Assembly: GCA_051362555.1 (NCBI GenBank)
Contig: JBPQGU010000016.1
Location: 1,364,001-1,428,000 of the forward strand
Source: Lingula anatina
Lineage: Eukaryota > Animalia > Brachiopoda
Direction of reading: 5' to 3'
Length of the DNA stretch: 64,000 nucleotides
A program made the position numbers and the translations under genes. The notes beneath the pieces were generated by a model that saw only the letters and a program-made list of their open reading frames with translations, was not told where the DNA came from and made no database searches. This document shows positions 1-11,142 of the stretch, piece by piece. Every line of letters begins with the position of its first letter. Positions within the stretch are counted from its first letter, which is position 1.

Positions 1-7
1 GAGTCGT

Positions 8-88
8 GGACAGCCAGCGACTTCGTTCACTCACAAAATTTGTCTGTTGACAGTTAAGGGGACCACAGCGGACAGCGGCCTTGGTAAC
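8..88 (+). promoter_or_regulatory. Putative promoter motifs of gene 1: X-box-like GCGGCCTTGGTAAC (75-88), GGACAGCCAG (8-17), GTCTGTTGACAGTTA (42-56, Myb-like)
   Basis: Lies about 190-265 bp upstream of the ATG. The same motifs recur upstream of the next gene. Confidence 0.35.
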
Positions 89-272
89 CTCTTAAGCAGG
101 CTTGACACGTACAGGTCTGGGGAGATCTTATTTCACCATATCTCTAGGAAGTGTATCATTTTACCAGGTTACTTGGGGATTTTTTAAGGGAGACCCAAAA
201 CTGCCCCTGTTATTGGAAAGGATCCCTTTAGCATCCAGACACCAGGATATCATATAGATCTGATTCCACATC

Positions 273-587
273 ATGGCGAACTACCTGGGCCCCGAAAGTC
301 CCAGGCCCTTTGCCGTGATATCGGAGACGTACCGGAACCGGCTGAAGATTCCTCAATACAGAGAGGATGAGCAGCACAGCTTCGGGGAGACGTGGGAAGA
401 AAACATGTTCCAGCTGATACATAAACATTTGGAGCTGGGGACTGCTGATAGGTAAGACACGCACGAGTGCACGTGCACGCGATGCACATGCATATTATAG
501 GTGTGGTAGCTGGAAAGTGTGTTTGTGTGCGTGCGTGTGGGGTGCGTGCGTGTTTGTGTGCGTACTTGTGTGTGTAAGTGTGTACGT

Positions 588-621
<34 letters not shown>

Positions 622-2054
622 CCCCCCCTGTGTTTTTCAAACAAGTCAGTCACATATATAAGGGGGGGGGGGCTAAGAGACTGCTTCCACTTTTTAAATC
701 CAAAACGTTTACATAATTTAAAATATTTTAAATATAAATCGTGTCAAGCTAATGTTTTCCTTTGTCGTAACCACCCCGCCCCCACACACACACACGCACA
801 CACATACACCTAAAATCTGCTTCCTACGCACCTATGTGTTCTTGCTTATAGGTAGGCCTACGTGTAGGCCTACGTATGTTGTTCCACGACAGTAGCTATA
901 CTGTACGTTGAGGCAAACGAGACGGAATCTAGAATATTTCTAGTTAACTGCAACCGCGAACTATCAAACTTAACAGTCTTGCTTTATTTTCAAGACAGTT
1001 TAATTAGGCCTACAGTGAAATTATTCCTGGTAAAGCCCGTGTTAGTAATAGGCCTACTGGAAAATATGTACCAAACTCCGTCATTTATATGATTCATTAT
1101 TTGTCATAAAGCAATTCGTTATTTATAAGTTATGCAGGTAATATCTTCTATCCGCAAGGCCCGTATTATTTGCTTTTCGTTTTTTAACAATTTTCCGCTT
1201 TAAAACCCTCTTGTTATATTTTCAGGTTTTGCTACATTGGCGAGGACAAAGGATCTTTGGTGGAGAAAATCGAACACAAATTCTGCCTCCTAGAGCCAAC
1301 TTGCAGCGTAATACCGGGCTGTAACGCGCACGTCGAAACCATTTGCAAAACCAAGCGGGTCTCCATCCCTATTGCCGGAGTTGGCGCGGAAGAATATTTC
1401 GAAAAAATGGCACGTGACGCACCCTACAAAGGTCCTTCTTTTGATCGCGTTTTATTGATGGACTGTATCCAATACTTCGAGAATCCTAGGGAATTTTACG
1501 GAAATGTAATGAGGACAGTTTCTGATTTCGGGAAAATTTTGGTCATCCATCGACCCGGATCTATGAATTCTCTGCCGTACCCGCGCGACGCTCTAATCCG
1601 TGTTCAAGAAAAGGACCACCCGTACATGCAAATTATTCGGGATCTTCAAAACCACAACTTCGACGTCCAGTGGGAAATAGAAACCCTACCCATCATCATG
1701 CCAAAGGTAAAGTGGTTGGCTATGATACGGGACCGTTACCCTAGTCAACTCGAGGCCATCAGTAATTTCGAAGTTTCAGCCGGCATGAGAGAATTGTGCG
1801 AAGGATCCCTGAAATACGAGGGAGAAATGATCGAATTCATTGACAGACTTCTGTTCATCACCGCCAGTAGGAATCTTAGCCAGTCCGGCATGCCCATAGT
1901 CAAGAGATGGGGTAATGTGGGTAAACCTCAGCCCACCCCCACTGGGCAGGCGCTGAACTTACGGCTGGAAGTGACACCGGATATCGCCCGATATGTGCAG
2001 AAGAAAGATTGGAAACCGAAAGACGAAAAGCGTTATCCATATTCTGGGAACTGA
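273..2054 (+). CDS. Uncharacterised class-I (Rossmann-fold) SAM-dependent methyltransferase-like protein, ~335 aa, 2 exons
   Basis: Exons are 273-451 (donor AG|gtaag) and 1226-2054 (acceptor tttcag), joined in phase 2 (D-R-F-C-Y-I-G). Motifs FCYIGEDKG (motif I position, degenerate), SFDRVLLMDCIQYF and FGKILVI resemble methyltransferase motifs. Confidence 0.75.
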
Positions 2055-2669
2055 AAGAGATTAAAGACAATACTTATGTGTTAAGATGTTAAGTAACGCA
2101 AAATTTGGTGGTTTTGAATTCAATTATTTTTTAAACCATGTATAAATTGTAAAACAGGTCCGTTTGGTTCATTGAAGAAGACGTCAACGAGTTCTACTTA
2201 TAGGACCTATCATTTTAGGGGAACAAAAATATTTGCTCATAAATTCATGTTTTCAAAAATTATCACCAGACACCCTTTAGAATTATAACGATGTATTTCA
2301 TCGTGTATTGTAGTGCAATGATGTCTGCACGAAACGATAAAAACATCGATGAAAGTATAAATGATTAATTGCCTATCAAGTGACACTTGCATGTAATGCG
2401 CCCCTTTATTGATTAACTTCATTAATCAACACAGACACAGTGATCGGGTAAGAACGTGTTACCAGGGTCGACTTTGTATCAAAGCGAATATCGAACGAAA
2501 TGTTACACTTTGGGATTCATACAGCACATAAAACGTTGCTTTATTACCACACATCATATTCAAACTCTGATAAATGTATACTGTACAATAAGTCATAGAC
2601 ATTCGCAGTTTGCATGTATGTTTTTGCTGATACTGCTTATTTATACGAAGACTGTGTGATTTACTTATG

Positions 2670-2921
2670 TAGACCCTTTCACTGATAGAGTTGCACTCTC
2701 ACCCAGAAGCGGGATAACTTGAGATTTCTATACGAAATGGCGAAACTGGAGTACACATGTTAATCTTCGGATTTTTTTTCAGACGCCTTTGCCTCTATTA
2801 AATCAACTTTAGAATTAATTTTACTATCGGCGAATTTGCGTTTATCAGAGAAGTAGTCCTGGATATCTAATACGAGCTGCCTTTAAAATGCCCTTCAGTG
2901 ACGTCACGTGCAAAAGGTCTA
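2670..2921. mobile_element. MITE-like non-autonomous DNA transposon
   Basis: Imperfect terminal inverted repeats TAGACCCTTTCAC ... GTGCAAAAGGTCTA, ~250 bp, no ORF. Confidence 0.5.
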
Positions 2922-3248
2922 ATTACAATTAATCCAGTGCGCTTATCTAGTCAGATTTATCATGTATTCCTAAACTATATTTCTAGTGGTCTTAAGCCTT
3001 AGTATTGTAACCACCCCAAAAGAGGTGAATGATTTTATTTCGTTTTTTAAGACAGGTGGAAAGAATATAATTGGATCACGTTTACCTGCATATACGCCCT
3101 AGAAAATATGTTGCATTAGCATTACTGGTGATTTATCTATGTACGGCTACCATTCCGACAATCAGGTGATTCATGGTAGATTAATTTATCACTGATGTCT
3201 TAATGATGAAAGGACATAAAAAGTGCAATTGCTAAAGAAAATGATTAC

Positions 3249-3289
<41 letters not shown>

Positions 3290-4134
3290 TATTTTGGATT
3301 AATTGTTTAAAATTATGCACTATGCAGGAAAAATGGTGACGATCTCATTTTATCAATGAATTTATAAGGGCTCGGCTAATTAGTGCGACTCTGAGCTTCA
3401 AGAACGATTTGCAGTCTCTTATGATCTCTTGAAAGATAATTGTTATGGTATTTTTTGTTTTGAATTTGGAGCTGCTTTTTGAATTTGGAGCTGCTAGTAT
3501 AAATGAAAGAATATTTTTCTTGGTGATTGAATTTGCTCAGTTTTGTATGCTAATGCGCAATCGCTTGCTTGAAGTATCGAATAAAGTGCAATCTTTCACT
3601 TCACAAAATTGTTAAGTGTTTTTTCCTCTAGTATAGGGCCTACAGTACGTGTATGTAGGCCCTATAGGACAAGGGGTAATCATATACAAAACTTATTTTT
3701 CCTAATTTAGGCCTACATCTTATTCGCTTAAAAGTAATTAAAAATAATGTGGTTAATGTTGAGCACCGGCGTCGCCTGCTGTGCTTGCTACTACAGAATG
3801 GTAACTGTAGCCCTGGCCTATTGGTGCAATGACATAGGCCTACATGCAGGTCTCTAGCAGACATAGATTGAGTATGGGAAGGCCGATCGACGTAATCGCG
3901 TACGCGTTGTCTGCCGTTAAAGCAACGACAGAAATGTCGGTTCACTATACAGAAATACTCGACACATATTAGGCCGTGTCGCTTTTGTCGTTTGTTTTCA
4001 CAATAAATGCCTCTATTCCAAATAACCCGTAGGACAAAAGTTAACACAGCGGTTGTGATAGTTGGGTCACCCTGCCAGGTGACACTCTCGGATTGCGTTC
4101 CTCCCACAATGCACCGCTCAGGATGTGGCGTCAT

Positions 4135-4192
4135 GTTGCTAAGGCGTTATTGAGTCGCATTAAAGGTATTGTAAACACTCGCGGACAGCCAG
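4135..4192 (+). promoter_or_regulatory. X-box-like GTTGCTAAGGCGTT (4135-4148), forkhead motif TGTAAACA (4170-4177) and GCGGACAGCCAG (4181-4192)
   Basis: Motifs lie 105-165 bp upstream of ATG 4298. RFX plus forkhead (FOXJ1) sites are typical of motile-cilia genes. Confidence 0.4.
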
Positions 4193-4297
4193 TGTTAACT
4201 CATTGTTCGGCGTCTTGGCCACAGTAACAGTATCCCGTCCAGAGATTTACGAGAGGAGTCCGTCTGTTGACGAAGCTTTCTCGTAAGATCGGCGACA

Positions 4298-4586
4298 ATG
4301 GCGCAGCATTATTATGAGAGATTGTAAGTATCAGAATAATTACCTGTATGTTTCTATTTATCAACTCGTTTACCTGTCCCATCGAATATATTAGGTGTCC
4401 GCCTCGAATGTACGCCTTTCAGGTCATAACGTTCAAAGTGACTTTTTCTGAGTATTGGAATTACCAACCAGACCACGAACTTTCTATGTTAAATCACGGC
4501 TATTCAATGAAAATTTATATCCACTCTCAGTGTTAAATAAGAATAATTGGGATTAAAAATCATAGTATCAGTATGTTTTCAGCCGT

Positions 4587-4676
<90 letters not shown>

Positions 4677-5645
4677 CCTATATGATGTCTTATATCTATT
4701 GAATTAAGATTATTGGTGTGCAGCTTTGAGTATCAAAATATTAATAATAATGACAAATAAGAATGAAAAACATAAGCAAAAAAACTAAATCAGGTCCAGG
4801 CCAATAGTCAGTCTCGAATGCCTCTGAAATTCTTAGGAATTGCGATGAATATTTTAAAACACTGAAATAATTCCATTGGGCTTATTAATTTATTCAGACC
4901 TATATTTATTTATTTATTTATTTATTTATTTATTTCATTTCATTTCATTTCATTTCATTTTCAGGAGCCACCGCACGCTCAAGCCAAAATACTACACCCC
5001 GACAAACAACTACCTGTCAGGCGATGGGAAGAGTGAGGTATACATGGGCGCCGCCTGGTACGTGCCCTCAGAACGCGCCTTCGAGAGCTACCACAAACAC
5101 GGCCACCTCCCACCGCAAAGACGTGTAGACGCCAAGGAATACGACAATGAAGATGATTGGAGGAAATTCCAGTATCTGCGGGATAGACCCCCAGGTATGG
5201 GCTTTCATTAAGTTGCTGTTGAAATGATAAAATCGTACATATGGAAAGTTTAAAAAAATTGAATACGAAATAATGTAAATTTTTTTATTTTTTTCCCTCA
5301 GCATATAACAGACACAGAGTGATGAAGATGACCAACACGCCAGAGCTCAGTCTCCATGGTTACTGCACAAACCCATTTAACCTTCATCGTACAGGTGTGC
5401 GTGCAAGAACGCTCTATGATCCCAAACCCGACGGTGTTAGCAATCCAATATGGCGCGGTCCACATGGTTACTATGGTTACTACCACGAGAGATTGGATGC
5501 TAGGGACACTGGTGGCTTCCGAGTCACGAGACAAATGTATAACGACGAGGATTGGTTAAAATGGGAGCAGCTCCGCACTGTTGATGATCCCAGTAATCTG
5601 CTGGGTGTTAGACCCCAGCATGCCCTGCCGCCACTGAATGTATAA
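4298..5645 (+). CDS. Uncharacterised 199-aa Tyr/His/Pro/Arg-rich protein, 3 exons; possibly a ciliary/sperm microtubule inner protein
   Basis: Exons are 4298-4323 (MAQHYYER, gtaagt donor), 4965-5194 and 5302-5645. All junctions are GT-AG and phase-consistent, total 600 nt. Internal repeat YDNEDDWRKFQYLR / YNDEDWLKWEQLR. Confidence 0.75.
4589..4674. repeat. (TA)n microsatellite
   Basis: Perfect TA run in intron 1. Similar runs occur at about 8393-8464 and 26490-26552. Confidence 0.95.
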
Positions 5646-6879
5646 AATGTTGGGACGTGTAATATGAACTCATAGGATGGTGCAGGCGCATTGATCATAT
5701 TTAATGTCTCTTCCATTTTATTGAATGCGTTAAGGGTTGGGAACCGGTACTTGTGCCAATTAGAGATTTAATGTTTCAGAAAAAAAGTTGAGCTATTGGT
5801 ATAATCTGCATAATGAAGTACTGTACAGTGTACATGTAAATGTACGTCTCTCAAGCCCTGTGAGTTTTTGAAACTGACAAAACAGAATTTGAAAATGAAA
5901 ACGAAACATTAAAACACTGGTTTTCCTGACATGGTTGGGGACTTACTACTGTTGGTAGAAAGGCTACGGACTCACATTGCAATTGGCGACTGTTTGGTAT
6001 GTGTACACTAATGGTCCATTCTCTGAGGTCAAGAGATCTGTACATATGTACGATATTTTATTTCTTTACAGAAAAGCGACAAAAAAAAATAACAGTGTTG
6101 AAATGTATTTTTATTGGTTGTCATTAACTTTTTAGTTGCTGCTCTTGGTGCCTTTAAGCGACGCTATTCAGACATGTTTTAGAGGCAAAGTAAAATTTGC
6201 TCAATTAAAGAAATGTATTTTTTGTGTGCTTTCTCATTTACTTTGGTATAAATTTTTCGATTAACAAACGTATGTAAGTGAATAAATATTTTGTTTATAA
6301 AAGCATGTATACAATTTTTTGTTACTGCAATGCATGTAATCCATGTATTTGAATAATTTTGGTAGAAAACCCTCTAATATAGCAATGCTTGCATGATCAA
6401 CGAAACGTGAATGTGTAAATTAACTGTAAGAATCTGGCTATAAACGACATGTGAGCGTACATTGTACGTGTACATGTGCGTAGGCGTAGACAAATGATTG
6501 AAGGGAAGGTGTTGAAGGCCTACATACAAGCAGGTTATTGCTTATATGACTACCGCTGACGATGACTGAGGGAAAAGTAAAAGACATCTGACGGATTGGG
6601 ACAAAGGGAAAGGTTTAACAATTACTTTTTTAATCTCTGAGAGAGGCAGAAGGGATGGGGATGTAACCCTGCGACCTACGACCCTGCCGTGGTAATCTTA
6701 AATCATGTATCAAAGACGATGAGATTTTCCCTTGCAAAGCTCGCGATAAACGATTGAGATAAGACGCACGTGCGACACTCTCACGATTGCTTAACACTTT
6801 AAGTTACACACAGGCACACATACACAGTAACCCGAAGGACCCAGGGGTGGATATATATATCTTATTTAGAGACACCAAG

Positions 6880-8389
6880 ATGCTGCTGGTTTTATTGTTT
6901 TGTGTGCTAAATTGTCTTAATCTGGCGGTCAGAGGTAAGTGGCTGTCTAGACTCGCGTGTACTTGCGCGTGACGGCTGGTGAAGGGTACGCACTGTATGT
7001 TCCTGTTCAGCCACTCACAGCCAGTCCAACTTAGCTCATGTATAATTGAAAACAACCGTGGACTGTATCCTACGACTGAGAGATATGGCCAAGTTAAGGA
7101 CAATAGTTTTCTGGACAAAAAAAGTTGAAATATGGATATTTGGAATGTTAAAGATATAAGGATATTGATAATTTTTTTTCTATTCTGCTGTGACAGTTTG
7201 TAAGAAATTGCCATTAGACGATTTGTGAGGCAAGAGGAACAATCACGTGATTAGTTCGCACTGAATCGATACAGTCGTGTGGCCTGGATAAAAAATCTGA
7301 CCAGAATGTCAAGCGAAATATACATCAACATTTCAGTTACAATTAAAATTCTGTACAGCAAATCTGAAAATTGAGAACGCCCCCTCTTACCCTACAGGAA
7401 GCGCTCGTTAAATAATGCATTTTCTATTGTCAGTCTTTTGGCAATCAGCTCCTCTTCTTTCCTCTTCGCTCCTCGTGAAGTATGAGGAGAGGCACAGAAC
7501 GTTCCACCTTGACTAATTCCTGACACTTCCTGCGCTGCCCCCCCCCTCCTCCGGCTAGACCACCTCATCTCACCCCACTTTCCTTACGAGTCTGTCTCCA
7601 AGTTTCACTGAGCCTTCCTCTCTTTCTGTTGCCCTATGGTTCCCGAGTTATGGAAGTTGGTTTCCAGACCCCAATCCCATGCCTGGGAAAGTTTTTTGTT
7701 ATTTTAAGAATCTATATGGGCATACGTGTATGATTTTTAAAACATGAATACAAGGAATTTCTCATTTTGAGTGAAGTTTATCCAGTGGCATGCCATGAAA
7801 TGCATTGTATCAGTCATGAATCGCCGGTTTTTTCTTCCATGTCCAGCTATTACGATAGTAAAGTCAATTAGAACAAAATCTAGCATGCTTCATGCCATCC
7901 CCCTTTTGATATTACTGACGGTTAAGAATGAATAATTATTAGGTTGCGTTTTTCAACATTAAATAGCGAGAAACATTAAAATATTAAGATTATTTTAAAT
8001 ATTCAAGGATTTTAATCAATCACGTATGTATTTTTTCTACAGGCCAGTCGGATCTTGCCTCCAATGTGAACGCTTTAAAGGAGTATTTGGGGCACTCATC
8101 TTCACAGGGATGTTATCAGGCCTCAAACAGAAACGCTAATTTTAAGTTATTCTCAAGGTGAGTATTGGTATACTTAGTTATGTAATGCTGTTCATCACGT
8201 TTTACAGACGATGTTATCTTATCCCTGTGTAGAGCAACCAATAAGCGGCGTTTTCGTATAAAATTAATTAAATAAGAAAGAAAGAAATTACTTTTCTATC
8301 TTTTAGTGTTTGTAGGCAAATATTCTCGACTAATAGGGAGAAAAAATTGTCTCCATAAATTAAAGTTATTAGGATTTCTGCCTGGGTTT

Positions 8390-8467
<78 letters not shown>

Positions 8468-10448
8468 CAATTAAAATTCTGTACAGCATATATATATATA
8501 TATATATTTTTTTTTTGTTACAGAAATAACAATATGGGAAACTGCGTCACTGTTTACGCAAACAGCCTGAAGACAGCCAATTTTGACTCATCCAAGGCAA
8601 CGTACTTGTTCTCCCATGGCTGGCAAGGTTCAGGTACCGACTCCTACGTGGCGCCTCTGGTACAGGCATTGCTGCGTAAGGTATGTTCCGTCGTTGACCT
8701 TTCATGTTTCCAGTTTATAATTGAATATTATTCTTCTTCTTCTATCTCCTATTACGCCGTTGGAGTCTAGGGCGTCAACAAAGGTCCTCCACTCCTCTCT
8801 GTCTCTCGCTAGATGTTGAATTGTCCCCCAACTTTCGCCTGAGGAAAGACCCAAATTCCACCACTAAAGTAGCCATGTACTAGTCAACAGAGGGGCATAG
8901 AAAAAGAGGCATACCCAAGACCACATGGAGGAGGACTGTTGAATTGAATATTAAATACGAAATAATACAAGAAGGGAAGACAGAGTTTCAGATCCTCTTC
9001 GGAACCGGCAGTTATAAAGATCATCTGGTTTTTAATCGATACTTGGTCAATAGAAGGCGATTGCAATTGGAATAGAATATATCTCATTAACACGATTGAA
9101 ATTATTCCAAACTTGGCCTTATATTAGTTTACTGTATAATATAAAAAACAGACGCCTAACTTTGTTTTGGTTTATAATAATAAGGAGGACGCCAACGTTA
9201 TCGTTATTGACTGGAACAAAGGCTCCAGGAACCCTAACTTGCTGACAGCTTCCAAGACTGCCACATCTGTAGGGGTCGACGTTGCCGCGCTCGTGGGTAC
9301 CATGACAACGCTTGGCCTAAGTCCTAATAGAGTTAATCTGATTGGTCATTCACTTGGCGGAAAAGTTGTTAAGGTCGCCGGAAATGCCCTTGCTTCAGCC
9401 GGGAAGAGAGTCGCCAGCGTTGTTGGTATGAATATTGGTTTCGCATTTCAGAGTAGCTACTTTAACTAAACCAACATTCTGATATCGACTTCGAATGCTA
9501 GTTTTGTGTTGATTTGGAATGTGCAATTATTTATCTTGAAATCTCTAATTTCAATTTAAATGTTCTACCTATTAACTAAAACTGAGTTTCCTCTAATAGC
9601 TTTGGATCCCGTCGCTGGGAGATACTCGGGTTCCGCCGACTTGGTCCAGGTGGTACACACGAGTCCAATCGCAGCTTTCTCAACAGGTACATCTGCGTGC
9701 TCTAAAGCTGCGTTTAGACGAGACAATTGCATCTTTCTTTATCTATAATGTTTTCACTTATTAGTGAATGTTTGCTTGTTCAACACTGAAACGTCTCAAA
9801 TGTCGATTTCCCAGCTGATCTTCAAGCAAGGTCTTAGAACCAGTAATTATAACCGTATCATTATATGTCCTTTAGTGTTTATATTTATTTATTTATTACA
9901 TTGGCAGGGGACATTGATTTCTTTGTCAACGGAGGCGCCTTCAGTAGAGACCTGATGGAGTCTCACATGGTCGCCATACACATGTACACGGAATCTGTGA
10001 ACGAAAGTTGTCCATTCTCCGCTTGTGCTAAAACTAAGTGAGTGTCGTTCATATTCAGTAGAGTTTTTATTTGGGTAACTGGGTGTTTTTCTGTAAAATA
10101 GGCCTAAATATGTAAATGACATCAGAATAAAATCCAAGATTTTATAAACTATCAAGTGATCAATATTAAATTTGAACCATTTTAAATTCATAATTGGAAA
10201 CGATATGAACACACCCCATTTTTTATAATGGCCTGATGCTTATAATTATTTTTTGAAAGACCATGATGGGGTTTTAGGGCTCCTTACTTTCTTTTAACAT
10301 TTACTACTAAATGAATATATTAACGCAAGGAGAATTCTTCCTCTGTTTCAGCCCAACCTCGTGCAACAGTATGGGCTATGGGGTTCGCAGCAGTGGTCCC
10401 AAGGGAAAACTTTATATCACGGTCAAGGACGCCACTGCGTTCTGCTAG
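6880..10448 (+). CDS. Secreted pancreatic-lipase-family (PLA1/lipase H-like) protein, copy 1, 293 aa, 7 exons
   Basis: Exons are 6880-6934 (signal peptide), 8043-8157, 8524-8680, 9185-9425, 9600-9686, 9908-10037 and 10352-10448. Motifs HGW, NVIVIDW, GHSLG (catalytic Ser), LDP (Asp), VVHT, DFFVNGG, SH (His), MGY, terminal FC*. Confidence 0.9.
7450..7650 (-). mobile_element. Degenerate RTE-type LINE 3' fragment
   Basis: The minus strand gives the interrupted motif GNRKRGRLSETWRQT, like the RTE ORF C-terminal GxRKRGRPxxTW, followed by a purine-rich tail. Confidence 0.5.
8732..8840 (-). mobile_element. RTE-type LINE 3' end fragment in lipase intron 3
   Basis: The minus strand translates WGTIQHLARDREEWRTFVDALDSNG, followed by a (GAA)n tail, typical of RTE ends. 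Confidence 0.7.
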
Positions 10449-11086
10449 CACGGACGCTGAAAACTTCTGTTTTCGACTAAGTGTAATTATAATTATGATT
10501 CCATTTATATTAGACTACCTAAATTAAGGTAAATAAAAGCGACCGCCAGACTACTTGGTAGTTCCTTTCATAGGGTCTGACGTGAAGGAAACAAAATTTA
10601 AACCATGTTATAATAGTTCAAAATGGGGTGTTCATAATGAATTATGGGTCTCGTAATATCGACTTGTTAAGAAGCTAAATTAATCACCAATTAACGACTG
10701 GGTCAGTATACATGTAACTGGGTCAAGGCCACATCAACATACATGTAGTTGAAGTCGGGATGAGGGTTGTTGACACGGGTCGATCCTTATCGGGGGCCCA
10801 TAAGTCCACAGGCACAGCTATATTTCTTTTCAACAACGGAAATATTGTTCTTAACAAAATGGAAGGCAATACCTCATTACCCTAGGCCGACAAACTTTGG
10901 TTAAAATTCCCCAAATGTAGCATATTTTTCCCTAAGTTCCCTTGCTTCCTTTGAGGGGGGAACAATTTCATTATACCCGCCAAACAAATATATCTGGAAG
11001 GATGGCTCTCTAAGGAGTGGGTCATGGACGACTACACCTGTGCCAGTCCCACATGGCATACTGCAAAGATCGTGACATTTATTTGG

Positions 11087-11093
11087 TATAAAG
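11087..11093 (+). promoter_or_regulatory. TATA box of lipase copy 2
   Basis: TATAAAG 56 bp upstream of ATG 11143. Confidence 0.5.
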
Positions 11094-11142
11094 CCGGATC
11101 AGTTTTGCAATCGGCGGTCAGTATACCCTGGGACGTTATACA

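Noticed and set aside
496-836. Possible MITE with ATAGGTG...CACCTAT ends in gene 1 intron
   Set aside because: TIRs are weak and no target duplication is visible.
3640-4134. 164-aa minus-strand ORF
   Set aside because: Overlaps the promoter of the next gene, with no recognisable motifs or splice support.
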